Shown: piece after piece, positions 25,511-38,770 of the stretch | How positions within the stretch are numbered: the stretch's first letter is position 1 | Layout: each line of letters begins with the position of its first letter | Source: Azolla caroliniana | Lineage: Eukaryota; Plantae; Polypodiophyta | Direction: 5' to 3' | DNA: 64,000 nt | Assembly (NCBI GenBank): GCA_043228905.1 | Contig: JBHGNT010000005.1 | Coordinates: 13,764,001 to 13,828,000, forward strand | Made by a program: the position numbers and the translations under genes | Notes under the pieces: generated by a model | Database searches by the model: none | The model's input: only the letters and a program-made list of their open reading frames with translations | Told to the model about the DNA's origin: nothing

Positions 25511-26480
25511 GAACACACATGCTCCTAAGAATCTTCGGACCTCTGTCTGTGTTCCACATTCTTCTCACATATCTTGAATAGCATTCACCTTCTCAATAGA
25601 GGGTTTCCATCCGTATGGTTCACAAAGATGTCCCACTACTAGGATCTAGCGTTGGCCAAATGCCGATTTTTCTCCAGAGAATATGACCCCTGCACCTTCT
25701 AGTCCTTTTAGCACTTTTTCACAGTCTTCAATATGGTTTGAAACAAATCTTGAACATCCATCTTGATCTAAAGGCTCGTCCTTCTCTGATTAAGGGCATC
25801 CTTTTAAAGGGATGTCATCTAGGAAAGGCATTGTAATATCTGGGATGTAGTCTCTTAGTACTTTGTTCATGGCATTCATCATATGGGCAACTGAGTTAGT
25901 TGCTCCTTGCGGTAATGTACACATCATTACTAGCCCAATGGGAGTCCGCATTGTTGTGATGTCTCGATTATCCAAAGACAATTGAAATTGGTCGTATCCA
26001 GAATACAAGTCTCCAATTGAGTAAATCGACCTTCCTGCAAAAGCTTCAACAAACTCATCAACACTAGGTCCAATCCCAGCATTACGAATGGTGACCTTGT
26101 TTACCGGCTATAGATCTTGGATAAATCGAAGTGCTCCATTCATCTTCGGCACCATGAACCACCTATTTGAATAAGGCGCATTAGATGGCTCAAGGATTCC
26201 CATTCTAATCTTTTCCTTTAATAGCTCTAGCAATCTTGGAATGTGAGCTCTTGAAACATGAATTGGCTTCAAGTTCCATACCACATGGGGTATTGTGAAG
26301 ATAATCATTGGTTCTACAAGCATTAGGTCAACACATCCGATCTCTTGTGGGCAAGAGGCAAACGCTTTCCCGTGCTACTCCAACATTTCCTAGAACTTGG
26401 AATCTTCTTTGGGTAGCAAAAACTCACCCCCACCAACTTTGAGCTTCCTCTGAGTTTCGTTGGTGAAGACGTGCCCTACT

Positions 26481-26940
26481 TATTAGAGACATGAACTAAT
26501 GTAAGCATAAAATAAGGATAAAAGATAGATCTAGGGTATAAAGCGACAGAGTTGATCAGAATCACTCTGTTGACTTGCAGTTTCAATTTGATGTCTTTCT
26601 CCATTTCCCCATGTTGATGGGTAGGGGGTGGAGCCAAGAAGAGCTCCACCCCCCTCCCAAGGGGGTTGAGCATGAGAGAGAGAGAAAGAGATAAAGAGAT
26701 AAAGAGAGAGACAAAACAATGTTGAGAGGAAAACTTGTATTTCATTCATGTCCCCTATGGTGGGGTTATATAGGTACATTCCATGAGGGTTACAATCCAA
26801 GAACATCCATGAGGGTTGTAGGTTAGTTACATAACCTTGTAACAACCTACCCACTTTACATATTAATATACTCACTCACTCATGTGCACATTTGAACATA
26901 CACTTACACATGTCTTCACTTATCTATCCATGTACCAACA
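26481..26940 (-). mobile_element. Probable solo LTR of another family
   Basis: Starts TGTTGGTACA on minus, TATA-like CTATATAA, CT-rich leader; interrupts E; no clean TSD and adjacent host sequence is missing. Confidence 0.55.
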
Positions 26941-27179
26941 CACTATACTATCAATCCCACGGATAACACCCCAAGAGTATCATCAAATGATATTATCTCC
27001 ATGTACCCATTTATTGCCTCTTCCTTTTTCATAATCCCGATTGCTCTAAGTTGTTCCTCTAGGATTTCTATTTTAATATCTTCTCCGTTAATGTTTATAA
27101 ATTTGCACATCCCATTTTCAGAAAACAAGAATTCCTTTTCATTAATGGGGTGGGGTGACAACTTTTAATATACTGAATT

Positions 27180-27244
27180 GGGGACAAAGTTAGATGTCCC
27201 GGACTATTGTTGTCCCTCTCCCTAATAACCCAAATTAAAAATCC
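27180..27244 (-). other. Putative -1 frameshift signal, element E
   Basis: Minus: GGATTTT (27244-27238) + TAA, 6-nt spacer, GGGTTATT/AATAGTCC stem, loop GGGACA complementary to downstream TGTCCC. Confidence 0.7.
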
Positions 27245-29560
27245 TCCTTAGATTCTATCCCTAAGCTATGCCTATTTCTTGCATGGTTTGGTGGCACGGT
27301 GAGGAATTGAACTGAGTGTGTTCCATCCTGACTTTGTGTCCGCACATATGCCGAACCATTATCAAGTACTTTTGTCTCCATCCGGGATGTTGTAATGTAA
27401 GGCTCGCCAAGGATGACAGGATGTGACGCCGAGTCCTGCACAAAGAAGTGTTGATCATGCTCGACGTCGCCAATAGTTACCTTAACGTTAGGCCAGGCCC
27501 CATGAAGCTCTTTCGTCGCCCTTGTTGCCGCTCGAATCTTCCACCCATGCCTATTATTAATGGGCCAAAGACCTTTCCGATAGAAGTCAAGGAACATGAG
27601 GTTGATCTCCGAGCCATGATCAATTAGCGCCACCACCGGATCTTTCAAGTCTCCCATCCGCACCGGTGTCTCAGTAGTGTCCCTAGCCCAATGTGGCCTC
27701 GCGAAATGGCTATCCACAAATTCTTGTTCAATTTCAAGACCTTCCGTTGTGATAGCGCTCGTCGAGACATTTGCCGATCTAGCTCCTTCTTCAGTTGTCA
27801 TCAGTCTCTTCCTTTTTATTACGTCAATGATTACATCATGAAATTCTTTCTTTGCAATTCCCAGGATCTCCCGCAGTGCGAACTCAATTCGGCTATCCAG
27901 GATCCTTTCTTCCATCACATGCTTAAGGTCGGTGAATTGCTTTATCTCTGAGCATAGTTTGAACGTCGGTCCGATTATTTCCTTCTCTTTTTCGGTTGTT
28001 GTTTGGGGCGGTGACGATTCCTCCCTTCTTCTAATAGCTTCTCTTGTTTCATGTTTCTTCGAAGAGACTGATTGCTTGTCTGGTCTTTTTCGTTTCTCTT
28101 CAACTAGGACATCGTAGTTTTGACACATAGCCTCCACAAAGCTAGACTTCTCCTCCACAGGGTCCTCCCATCCCATCATTGTTTGGACTCTTTGTTCCGC
28201 TTTGAATGCCTCATTCGTGTAGAGCTTCCTTTTCCAGACTTGGTTCAATATGATCGGCCAAAATTCTTCAACTTGAGACTCTTGGGTTCTCGTCTCATGT
28301 CCAACTCGAATTCTGGTGGATGAGGAATAGTAATTACACTATTCACTTTGTTTAGTTCCAATTCCTCCATCAACTTCTTCATACCTCCTCAGCCAAAGTT
28401 GGTGTTGAGAGGATGCTACGACACCGAGGAGTGAATCCGATTGTTGGAGAGATAAATGATATCTCATCGGAGGGCATTTTGGAATTCAGAGCAATCTCTC
28501 AGTTGGTGTTACAAAGAGTCACACCAAATACACCTGTAGGGAAAGTCCAGGTGACGACCCGGAAAATTTTGGGTTTCTTCCAATTTGATAAATTCTCATC
28601 TCTCGAAGCATGTCTGCAAATTCATCCATTGTTGCTCCACCCATGGGCTGAGCCACTTTGTCATCCCTCGGTCTTTGGGCTTGTGGTTCTTGTCTTGCAT
28701 TATGAGTTTGCCGACCAATCTGAGCTGCAGCACTCGATCTTGTCGCGTGGTCCCATTGTTGACACTTATCAAAACGTCCACACGCTCTCTTCACTGCTGC
28801 CCAATCAGAAATGCAACCTTCATCATTTTCTAGTAGTAGTCCAAGATCTCTTTGATCTTTCACATCTACTGATTTGATAAATAGGAGCCCCTTGCTGGAA
28901 TCAAGAATCGTTTGGTCAAGTGCAACTAGGCGATCAAATCTTTGCTTGAATTCGTGGAGCGTCGCACTTGCACTCAATTCTTTGTTAGTAGATTCCACCC
29001 AATTCATTAAATCCTTCTTCGTCATTCGAGATGAGTCACCAAACCCATATTCTTCAAGTAAACTTCGTTCGAAAGATGACCATTCCGGATTGGCCTCTTG
29101 TAGCTCTCGGATCCAAAAGTAAAGACTTGAAGTTACAATCCTCGAGAAGCTTGCCACTTGTCTCGCCATGGGAATACCCTTTATCCACATTTCCTCCTTG
29201 AAGGTATTGTGTCACGTCTTTACCATCAAAACATCCGTTGTCATCCACGATCCTATCGATGGCAACGTCAAGGCCTCCAACGTTATCTCTCATTTGAAGC
29301 ATTTGGTCCATCATCTTCGCCATTGGTTGTGCTAGACTATCATTGGAGTCTCTAGCACTTGAAGTTTTGGCCATCCTCCCTTGCCGCTCTTCATGTCGGG
29401 TTCACCAAATCTAATGTCGCGAAAATCTGCGCCTACGGGTCGGTTGAACGGGAACATCGGGGATGATGAATCGGATGACTTCTGCTTGTAAGGAATCGGC
29501 CGTTTAGTTTTATAGTTGAGTCGTTCTTTGTTGTCAAAGATGCTTCCGCGGGTTGGATCC

Positions 29561-30851
29561 GCCTCGTCCTTGACCGAATCGGCCTTTTGCTCGGCCACGT
29601 CCTCTTCATCCGTTTGAATGTGTGTAGAGCATGTCGCCTTCCGAGACATTGCTCCTTGTTTGAACGTGGTTTTCTTTAACCAACAACATGGATTGAAGAT
29701 CAAAGAAATGAGGTGTCTCCCTTGCTAGTATGATGGTCCTCATTGTGTCAAACTGTGGTGCGACGCCGCCAGGGCATATTTGCAACCTCTCATCATCGTC
29801 CACATTGATGCTTATTGCGCCAAGTGAGTCACAAAGCTCCTTGATCTTCAAGGTGTAGCTTGTGATGAACATATCCCTTTGTTGGATGTTGTTCAACTCT
29901 TGGCAAAGTTGAAGCTTTCGTGCCGTCGTGTTCACGGCGAATATCTTCTTGAGATACTTCCATGCTTCCTTCGGTGTCTCAACTTCTTGAACGTAGTCGG
30001 GCATGTGGTCATGAACACATGTCACCAAGCAATACATCACTCAGCTTTCCGCTTGCTCCCATGTTAAGTAGTGAACGTCTTTCGGGTCGGGTCGATTTTC
30101 TTGTGCTCCTTTGATGTAGCTATAATATCCTTGAGCAACAAGATATTGGTGCATCTTGTAATCCCAAGATGCAAAGTTGTTTCTATCTAACTTCTCACTA
30201 GGGAGAGCGCTCCCCATTTGAGTATTCATTGTGGATGAAGATTTCCTTCTTCTTTTCCTTCTCTCTCGAACACAAGCTATGTAGTCGCACTACGATATTG
30301 ATGAGCCAGTCATTCTTGAACGTTGGCGAGAGCACAACACATGCGAATGGGTTAGATCGAGCTACCAAACCACTCTGATACCATGTAAAGAATCGGATAT
30401 GATTCTTGTGCAGCGGAAGAGATGTGTGTTATGTGTATGTGTGAGAGGAAAGAGATGAGAGAAAAGAGAAAACATAAGATAGATAGTTGAAAGAAAAATG
30501 AAGTACTCAAGAAGAAGGTGTATATTAACAAGGAGAATAGCAAATACAAAATGTAGCATTACTAGGAGTCACAACCGACTCTGTATGAAGTAGGAGGAGG
30601 GTGCTTTATATAAGGTCACCCTCTCTCTTCATTAATTCACTACGATGTCCACTCTCTCTCTAGAACCTTGAGGAATGTTAAGACTCACTAGTCATGGGGA
30701 ATATTGAACTCATTAGGTATGTGTCATAGAATATGATTCTATGACACATAGTTAATGTATAGAGAGTGGTCTGACTCTTGACCTTTGAGTGCTCATAGAT
30801 TCTCAAAGGGTGTGTTCACACATAATGTTAGGTTGAGCTTGATTCTCAACA
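29561..30851 (-). mobile_element. Ty1/Copia element F, 5' part (LTR 30384-30851, iMet PBS, gag)
   Basis: LTR similar to 7343-7807; TGGTATCAGAG at 30383-30373; gag ORFs 30041-30229 and 29606-30040 homologous to C and G gag. Confidence 0.88.
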
Positions 30852-32169
30852 CATTGTGATGGCTTGACATTGACTTCAAGGAGTTTGAAGTGTCAGGTGT
30901 TTGTATATGTACAACTCTGAGATTTTGATCTTTGAATAATGTATCACATGTGACTGAAATTTGTGATCGTTGAAGTTTCTAATCTCTTAAAAAAAAATTG
31001 GTGTCTAAAATTTTAATGGTCGTTATAATTAATTGTGGAGGAAATCTGAGAAGATTAGGTGTTTGCAATTAGTTTATAACTGTTTGGTTACTTTTGGTGT
31101 ATGTGTGATCTTTGAAGCTTTTCTTGACTGAAAATTTGGGATCTTTGAAGTTTCTAGTATTGATGGTTGAAATTTTCATGGTGGCTAAAATTCTAATGTT
31201 CATTTAAATTTTAGAAGGTTAATTATTTCCAATTATCACTATTTGTTTACATTTGAGACTGAAAATTTGTGATCTTTGAATTTCCATTCCCTACAAAAAG
31301 AAATTGGTGGTTTAAATTTTAACAATGGCTAAAATTGGAGATTTTTTGTTTACATTTAGTCAAGTTTTGGTGAGTTCTTATATTTAAAACTCAAGATTAT
31401 TACTTTTTTCCAAAAAAATCTCCTCCATTGGTATTAAAGAAGTCAATATACAAAACAGACCACTATTACAATGAATATTGCAACATATTTAAGTAAAAAC
31501 CTCTTGAGCAGTCATGTAGCTTCAGCAATCCAGCTACCTTTAACATCCATGTTAGTCAAGGAATTACCACCAATGACCTTTATTAATGGGGTCTATGCCA
31601 CATATATTTCTAAGCATTTTGTCTCTCATTTTGATTAGCAAACTACCACCATTAGAAATCCTTGCAATCTGATCGAAACTTTGTCGATGAATTCCAATGT
31701 TTGGTGTCGATGAATTGTTGCCACCGAAATCATCAAACCATTGAAGAGTGTGTTTGCTACGATCTTTATAGCATTCCATGAAGCCATATCTTGGTAAGTA
31801 GATACTCCCTCGAGGTCTTTTCAAGTCCACTTAATAATAGCTTTTGATAAGGACCATAAAATAATGTGGTGAACCATGTAATTACTCATCCCTCCTTTCA
31901 GTTTTTGATGCAATTTGCTACCATCATATGGCATTCCACATCTCCCAGAAACCATGTTAAAAGGATTCAATAAACTCATTTCTTCAACATGTGTGTACAA
32001 CAAGCTATTATTTCCTTAAAGAAAGAAACCATAATCTTGTACTGCAGATTGAAACTAATTAGATTGTTCACAACTTCGACAATTTGAATAAATATGGTAC
32101 AGCCATGCCGACGATTCCCACCAAACTCAGCTACCTCTAACAACAGAATAATAACGTGTTGTCATCTAC

Positions 32170-34060
32170 TCAAGAAAATGTGGTTCGACCCCCACAACAT
32201 CTTCACTCATCCTCATCCCAAAACAAAAATCTGCTTCTTTTCGGCCCCCGCACCATCATCACTCATCCTTTTCTCATGGAAATATGCTTCAATCCCCGCC
32301 GCCATCATCAGTCATCCTAATGAAAAATATAAAACATGCTTCGTTCAATCCACATCAACCATCTCGTGTGACCATGTCACCATCACGATGATTACCAACA
32401 ACATCCTATATCGACAACACAAGAAATGAGTTAAAAAAATTCCTCACCTACTCATGATAATATGCTTCAATTCCCACACCATCATCACTCATCATAATGA
32501 AAAACAAAAAATCAGCTACCTCAAACGGCGACTCGTCAAGAAATTGTGCTTCTCACTCATTCTTATCTAAAACAAAAAACTACTTCATTCAGTTTGCATC
32601 AAACATATCGCCGATTACCACCAAGGGCTTGTAAAAAGTAAAACAAAATGAGTCTAAAGGATTTCCACATCTCCTCATGATATCCTTCGGCCGTCGCACC
32701 ATCATCACTCATCCTCTCCTCATGGAAACATGTTTCAATCCCCACTACCATCATCAATCATCGTAATGAAAAATAAAATTGTCTTCATTCAATCCACATC
32801 AACCATGTCGTCGACCATCTCACCATTGAATTTAAAAACAATTTCTCACGTACTCATAAAACTTAGAGATTTTGTTCTCTTTTTTTTTCTTTTTTTCTTT
32901 TTCCACAAGAACTTAGAGATTTTGTTCTTTTTCTTTTTTTCTTTTTTTCTTTTTCCACAAAGGCAATCTACAATTTGTACATAATAGTTTCCACTCCACA
33001 AGTGTCTATAAAAAAGACGAAATATAAACGATGGCCTTTGGCAAGATAAGGCTAATTATGTCCATGAAAACTCTCTCAGCCTTTGCCAACAAGAGCCATT
33101 CTCAACCTATAAACAAATTCTTGTGGTCCAAGAGAAAACATATCTTTACATATGTTGGTGGTAATCCTAATCAACATATCCTGGCTGTCCACCCTGGCTA
33201 GTAGACTAAAAACTCCATATATGCCTTTGATTCTACCAATACTGGAGTTGTTCACCATCACCTGACTGTCCACTAGGGTGATGCTATTTGACAAATGTTT
33301 TGTACACAACAGTTGAAGACACCAAAATAGTCCATGATGCACCTAACACTTGGGTAAAACGTGATGGGCTGCCATGGATAGCCCCCATTTATCATCTCCC
33401 AAATCAAAACGACCATGTCCTTCATCTCCATGAAAATTGAAATGTACTTGTAATAATCTCCCTATAAACAAGATGAACTATGTCCTCCACACCTCACACC
33501 ATCTGCTTCGATCCCCACACCATCTTCACTCTTAAGAATAGACAAATTGCTTCATTCAGTCCACATCAACCATCTCGCCGAATACCACCAATGTCTTGTG
33601 CAATTAACAACAAAATAAGTGAAAAATGATTCCTCATCCCCTCATGATCTGCTTCGGTCCCCCCCACCATCATCACTCCTAAAAACAGACAAATTGCTTC
33701 ATTCAATCCACATCCACTATCTCGCCGAATACCACCAATGTCCTGTGCAATTAACAACAAAATAAGTGAAAAATGATTCTTCATCCCCTCATGATCTTCT
33801 TCAGGCCTCACACCAATACCACTCATCCTCTCGTCGTGACAAACATGCTTCAAATCCCATTGCCATCATCCCGCAACCTATGAGAACCATAATATCTTCT
33901 TAACTCGGCCCATATCCGGCACATCTCGCTGACCCTATTGCCATCTCACCGATTACCGTGATCCTATACTAGCAGCCAAAAATGAGTGAAAAACAATTCC
34001 TCGCCTTCTCATAATAATCTGCTTCAGCCCCCACACCAACATCACTCATCTTGATCACAA
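32170..34060. repeat. Degenerate tandem-repeat region including a 147-bp direct duplication
   Basis: Recurring TGCTTC...CACCATCATCACTCATC motif; near-identical copies starting 33541 and 33688. Confidence 0.65.
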
Positions 34061-34426
34061 AAATAGAGATTTTGTTCTTTATGAATGTTTTTTCTTTTTG
34101 GGGGGAATCTTAGAAGTTTTTTAAATAAATGATCTATTTAAAAATTTTAATCGAGTTAGATGCAAGCAACCATGTTATAAAGTTGGCAGGTAGAGTCGAG
34201 TTAGATGTGAAAGAGGCTAGTCAGAGCCAGGTTGTAATTTACAACCGCTTGGGTTAGCGGTGAGAGAGGATGGTCAGAGTCAAGTTAGTTATAGACGCGC
34301 GTTTTTAGGCAATGATCTGAAGGTGGTGCAGATCACACATGCTTATCGAACTGTGCCTTACACTATCCAAGACTGTGATTCCCTCTCCAAGCCTCATTAT
34401 GATTTGGTTGCAAAGTGAAACGAGCG

Positions 34427-34468
34427 TATGTATGTATGTATGTATGTATGTATGTATGTATGTATGTA
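34427..34468. repeat. (TATG)n microsatellite downstream of PHT1
   Basis: About 10 consecutive TATG units. Confidence 0.9.
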
Positions 34469-34836
34469 TAAGAGAGAGGGAACAAGAGTATGAGAGTATG
34501 TACGTATGTATGTAAGAGAGAGGGAACAAGAGAATATGTAAGACAAAAAAAGTGATAAAGAAAAGAATAGTAAGAAGTGAATCTTTGGTTAATTAACTAA
34601 CAACAATTCCTTGTGAAGTTTAGGAAACTATGAATAAAATTTACAAAGTCATGACTCATGACACAAGAGAGGACGACCATATAGAGGGAGGGGGTGGGCT
34701 GGTTAATTCAGAAATCACAAAAGAGATTCTGAATGGAATAAATACTAATCATAATGATGGCTCAATATATAAAAGAGAGTACATTATTTACTGGAGAGGA
34801 AGCTGAAATCTAAATCGTATAATGGGACCACTCTTT

Positions 34837-36435
34837 TCAGACGGTCAGTTCGAGCTTACTGTTGCCCTCATCCCCATCCCCATCGATTTCGTTCTCGCCT
34901 GTGATCTCCTCAAGAGATCGACCATTTGTCTCTGGCACAAGGAACGTGAAGAAAAATCCTAGAGCATTGATGCCGCCCAGAATGAGTAGGGATGTGCGGA
35001 CGCCAACGCCGTTGGGATATCCGGCATCTTGCTCACCGGGAGTCTTGCTTTGGGCCGCATAAAGGAAGCCAAACGCGCCAATAATGGCCCCCGCCTTGCC
35101 GGCCGCAGCAGAAATACCGTGGCATGTGGATCGCAGCCGTGCGGGGAACACCTCCGCAGGAACAATGAAAGTGGTGCTGTTTGGACCGAAGTTTGCAAAG
35201 AAGAATGTGAAGGCATACAACACCACGAACGTGATGCGATGGTTCTTCTCCTTGAGTGTGTCGTAGGGAATGGCCAAGCCCAGCATGAAGGCTGTCATCA
35301 TGAAGAAGCCCATGAGCTGGATTTTGAATCTCCCCAGTATGTCAATAAAGGCGACGGTGAACCAGTAGCCGGGGACAGTGGAGCAAAGCGCGATGAGCGC
35401 CTGCGCTTTGCTGATCTTGAACACCTCCTCCAGCGCGCTCATGGTTGCGGCCTTTGGCAGCCACTCGATGGCCGTCAACACGTCCTTCTGGAACAGGTTC
35501 TGGCTGTAGAAGGCGATGTCCAGCAGGAACCAGGTGCTTGTTGTTCCCAACAGATGCAGCCCATGCCGCCGAGCGAACTCTGCTGAGAACAGCCCGTACT
35601 TCTGGCTTCGGTCAGACCGGATTTTGTCCACCTTCTCTTGCTCCGCATTAAGCTCCACCGCCAGGACTTTGGTCATGTCTTGAGCCGCTTGCTTTGCATT
35701 CCCTTCCACCAGTGCCGTATAACGAGCAGTCTCCGGCATCTTCATCCGCCAGTAGTACGTCAGCAATGCTGGTATGGCCCCCAACATGAACACCAGCCGC
35801 CACACGAAATCCGCTTGCTTCGGTGTTGAGCCCACACGGTCTACACTGTAGGGTGGGCGTGGGTCAGCATTATTGAAGGCAGAGGAGACAATGATGGAGA
35901 CTGTGGCCCCCGCGAGGATCCCCGTGCCCTGCATCGCAAACACTGCGGCAATGAATGCACCACGCGTGCGCTTGTTCGCATACTCCGACATGATGGTCGC
36001 CGACAGCGGATAATCACCACCGATCCCGAAGCCGAGCCAAAAGCGGAAGAAACAGAGCGTGGTCATCACAGACTTGGCAGTAGAGCCGAAGGAGAGCGCA
36101 GATGCGATAGAGCATATGACCATGAGGAGGAGTGTAACACCGTACACCTTCTTGCGCCCCAATTTGTCGCCCAGCCAACCAAAGAAGAGTTGGCCAGCGA
36201 GCGTGCCACATAGGGCGACACCATTGACGGCTGCAGAGACATTTGGGGGCAACGTTCCTGGTTTAGTACTGTCAGGATTGAAGTAGTAGATGCGGCCTAG
36301 GAGCTTAGTCACGGTGGAGATGCAGAAGAGATCGTAAGCATCGGTGAAAAAACCCATTCCGGCAATCACTATGGCAGTGAAGTGGTACCATTGCGTCTTC
36401 GCCTTGTCCAATGCCGTCAAAACCTCCAACGCCAT
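34837..36435 (-). CDS. PHT1: PHT1-family inorganic phosphate:H+ symporter (MFS), 532 aa, single coding exon
   Basis: Intact ORF; family signature [14 protein letters not shown]-terminal [47 protein letters not shown]; multiple hydrophobic segments. Confidence 0.97.
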   Translation of the reverse strand: MALEVLTALDKAKTQWYHFTAIVIAGMGFFTDAYDLFCISTVTKLLGRIYYFNPDSTKPGTLPPNVSAAVNGVALCGTLAGQLFFGWLGDKLGRKKVYGVTLLLMVICSIASALSFGSTAKSVMTTLCFFRFWLGFGIGGDYPLSATIMSEYANKRTRGAFIAAVFAMQGTGILAGATVSIIVSSAFNNADPRPPYSVDRVGSTPKQADFVWRLVFMLGAIPALLTYYWRMKMPETARYTALVEGNAKQAAQDMTKVLAVELNAEQEKVDKIRSDRSQKYGLFSAEFARRHGLHLLGTTSTWFLLDIAFYSQNLFQKDVLTAIEWLPKAATMSALEEVFKISKAQALIALCSTVPGYWFTVAFIDILGRFKIQLMGFFMMTAFMLGLAIPYDTLKEKNHRITFVVLYAFTFFFANFGPNSTTFIVPAEVFPARLRSTCHGISAAAGKAGAIIGAFGFLYAAQSKTPGEQDAGYPNGVGVRTSLLILGGINALGFFFTFLVPETNGRSLEEITGENEIDGDGDEGNSKLELTV

Positions 36436-36450
36436 TTCCAGAGTTGCAAC

Positions 36451-36984
36451 CTAAATAAATAATATACACCACATTTTGTCCGATATATTAAAACACGAGA
36501 ACGCTCCCTGCCCAACTATAATAATGAGATCTGAATCCCATCACCATGACAAGAAAGCAGAATACATTGATTCCCACTATATATGTGTGTATGTGTGTCT
36601 ATCTATACATAATAATGCATATGTGCATTAGGTACACCGTACACCACAATATGTATGTATCTGTATCTGTATGTATATATAATATGTATATACAATGTGT
36701 ATTTATACAGGTAGACATGTAGTGCTGTATTGGCAATACATGCCCGCTAAACATTCGATTCCCACCTTTACATACTCAGTTTTCAACATAAAGATACTCT
36801 TGGATGCATTGCATTATGAATACAATCCAATCCACACATTCCATACCAATCCTTCTTATATTTTCCTAGTTACATTTTAATGACTCCTAGAATGTTCGAT
36901 AGTATAATTTAAGATTGTATGTGATAGTATAATTTAAGATTGCGTGCGTGTGTGTGTGTGTGTGTGTTAGAGAGAGAGGCTTAC
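36451..36984 (-). other. Probable 5'UTR intron of PHT1
   Basis: Minus: GTAAGC donor at 36984; ATTTATTTAG acceptor 15 nt before ATG; AT-rich with (CA)n. Not verified by transcripts. Confidence 0.6.
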
Positions 36985-37108
36985 AAGTTTAATTAGAATT
37001 GGATGTCAACGCTTAAAGAGAGCGGAGTTGCAGAAGGAGGCTCTAATAAGTGAGCATATAGTCTCACTTGTGTTTATGGAATGAGCGGATCAATCCTATC
37101 ATAGGAGG

Positions 37109-37186
37109 TATAAATAGAATAAGAAGATTAATTGAATCTCATAAAGCCAATATTTTAGAGCATAGAGGATATTCTTACGGATATTC
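37109..37186 (-). promoter_or_regulatory. PHT1 promoter: TATA-like box and two tandem P1BS (PHR1-binding) sites
   Basis: GGATATTC at 37167-37174 and 37179-37186 both match GNATATNC; TATTTATA on minus at 37116-37109. Confidence 0.75.
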
Positions 37187-38149
37187 TAGCACACCTATGA
37201 CTTGTCGACAACAACACTATAAAATAACTTGTTTGTATTATAAGAAACCATGATGCAATGAACCTAATGTCTGGATATAATTTAATTATTTTCTAAACGT
37301 GTTGATACATGGACTTTAGTTCCAAGGTGGAATTTTTACGAGGCATCTATAATGTAGCAAATGGGTTTACATCTATTTTCCAAGTAGAAAGTAGTGTAGG
37401 TTCTAGGATCTTGAAGTTGCAAATTTTTTAAAAATAATTTGGATCCTAAAGGTATTGAATCAAATCACCCTAGTATGAAATGTAAAATCATTGTTTGATG
37501 ACGGACCTAAAATCATTAAAGTATATTAATTATTTAACAATGATGTTGATTCATCCTTCCTTGTTCTCGCTTACTATGACAAATCTAAAGTCTATACGTA
37601 TAATATTTATTATACACATATTTTGATGCATTAACAACATAAGTCGTGAGCTTGGATTCCTACAAAGTATCTACATCAAACTAGTCAACACCTTGATTTA
37701 AGATTACAACCATATTGTTTTCCCACAAAACGCCAAATTGGGTTTCCATGAGCTTACATTTCCAAGTTGAAACTACCATGTTTTTGAGTTTATAAATTTG
37801 TTTTTATAATTGTGGTTAGGAACCCTAGTTGTAAACGTTTTCAATAAATTATTGTATTATGCAATGTAAAAACATAGCTCAATGTTAGAGAAGTTAAATT
37901 TGGTTTTTGAAACTGAATACCTAAAAAGGATTGTTCAACATGCTAGTACATATAATGTAAAAGAGGATTTGCCTCTACTCTCACAAGTCATAATTTCAAA
38001 TTGACCTTAATGCCCTAGGTAAGTCTAAAATGATGCCTTATCTTTTTTCTTTAAAACATTAAAGCATCCATTATATTTATAGACAGTACATTGGAAAATT
38101 ATGAGCCTAAAGAGTTTACTAAATTCATTATCTATATTTTAGTAGAAGA

Positions 38150-38770
38150 TCAATATATAATGATTGACTAGAACTTTTTCTCTAAAAAATAGGTTCACAA
38201 TTTCATTTTCCAAAATGGTTGATGCCAATAAAGTTATCCTTTTAAAGTCAAGCCAACATGCTGACAAAATACAACTCCTATTCCACGACTAATTTAAAGC
38301 TAGTTGCAACCAACATACCAACTTGTAGCTCATGAAAATTTCCTTGTCATCTTGCCTATGCAGTACGTGATATTCTTGGTCCCACGTAAATATCTCTTTG
38401 TCGTGAGCGAACTAGATTATTAAATCTAGTATTTTCTAATGACCGATGATGAGTCGTGGACACTGAGGATCCTACACCAATATTCCATGTGAACGGATAT
38501 TGGAGTGGCTAGTATCCAGCAAGGTGGTTATCCAGAATTGTATGTTGATGGCCAAAAAAAGTACCCCATTAGTGAACATTCTGATCACCAACATACTTCT
38601 TGGTGCGCTCAATATTTTTCTGTTTCTCTTCAAGTCATTGCATCCAATATATCTTTTGCTCATTATTCGAACTATCGAATGCCATTTTTTTATGGTCTTC
38701 ATACGAATTTTATTCTACACGATGGATTTCCACATCTAGAAAGCTCAATAATAGCCTACAACCCTGTTGT
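38150..38770 (-). mobile_element. Very old Copia RT/RNaseH remnant
   Basis: Minus-strand traces KRYLRGT (~38370-38400) and ASTILENE (~38205-38230); heavily degraded. Confidence 0.35.

Larger units (their letters stand above)
7031..29560 (-). mobile_element. Ty3/Gypsy element E (possibly chimeric), split by Copia C and solo LTRs
   Basis: 5' LTR remnant 29560-29415, Trp PBS 29407-29391, gag 29374-28300, PR 28248-27235, RT 26480-25516, RH/IN 24853-22900, PPT 22844-22853, 3' LTR 22843-22465 continuing 7342-7031. The two LTR ends are not obviously the same subfamily. Confidence 0.72.

Noticed and set aside
31400-32040. Possible transposase or gene remnant (ORFs 31564-31830, 31821-32003)
   Set aside because: No motif I can recognise; needs a translated homology search.
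34230-34246. GGTTGTAA-T-TTACAACC palindrome as Helitron end or terminator
   Set aside because: No CTRR terminus at the expected distance and no second copy to support it.
34862-36286. ORFs antisense to or overlapping PHT1
   Set aside because: Shadow frames of a GC3-rich gene with no recognisable motifs.
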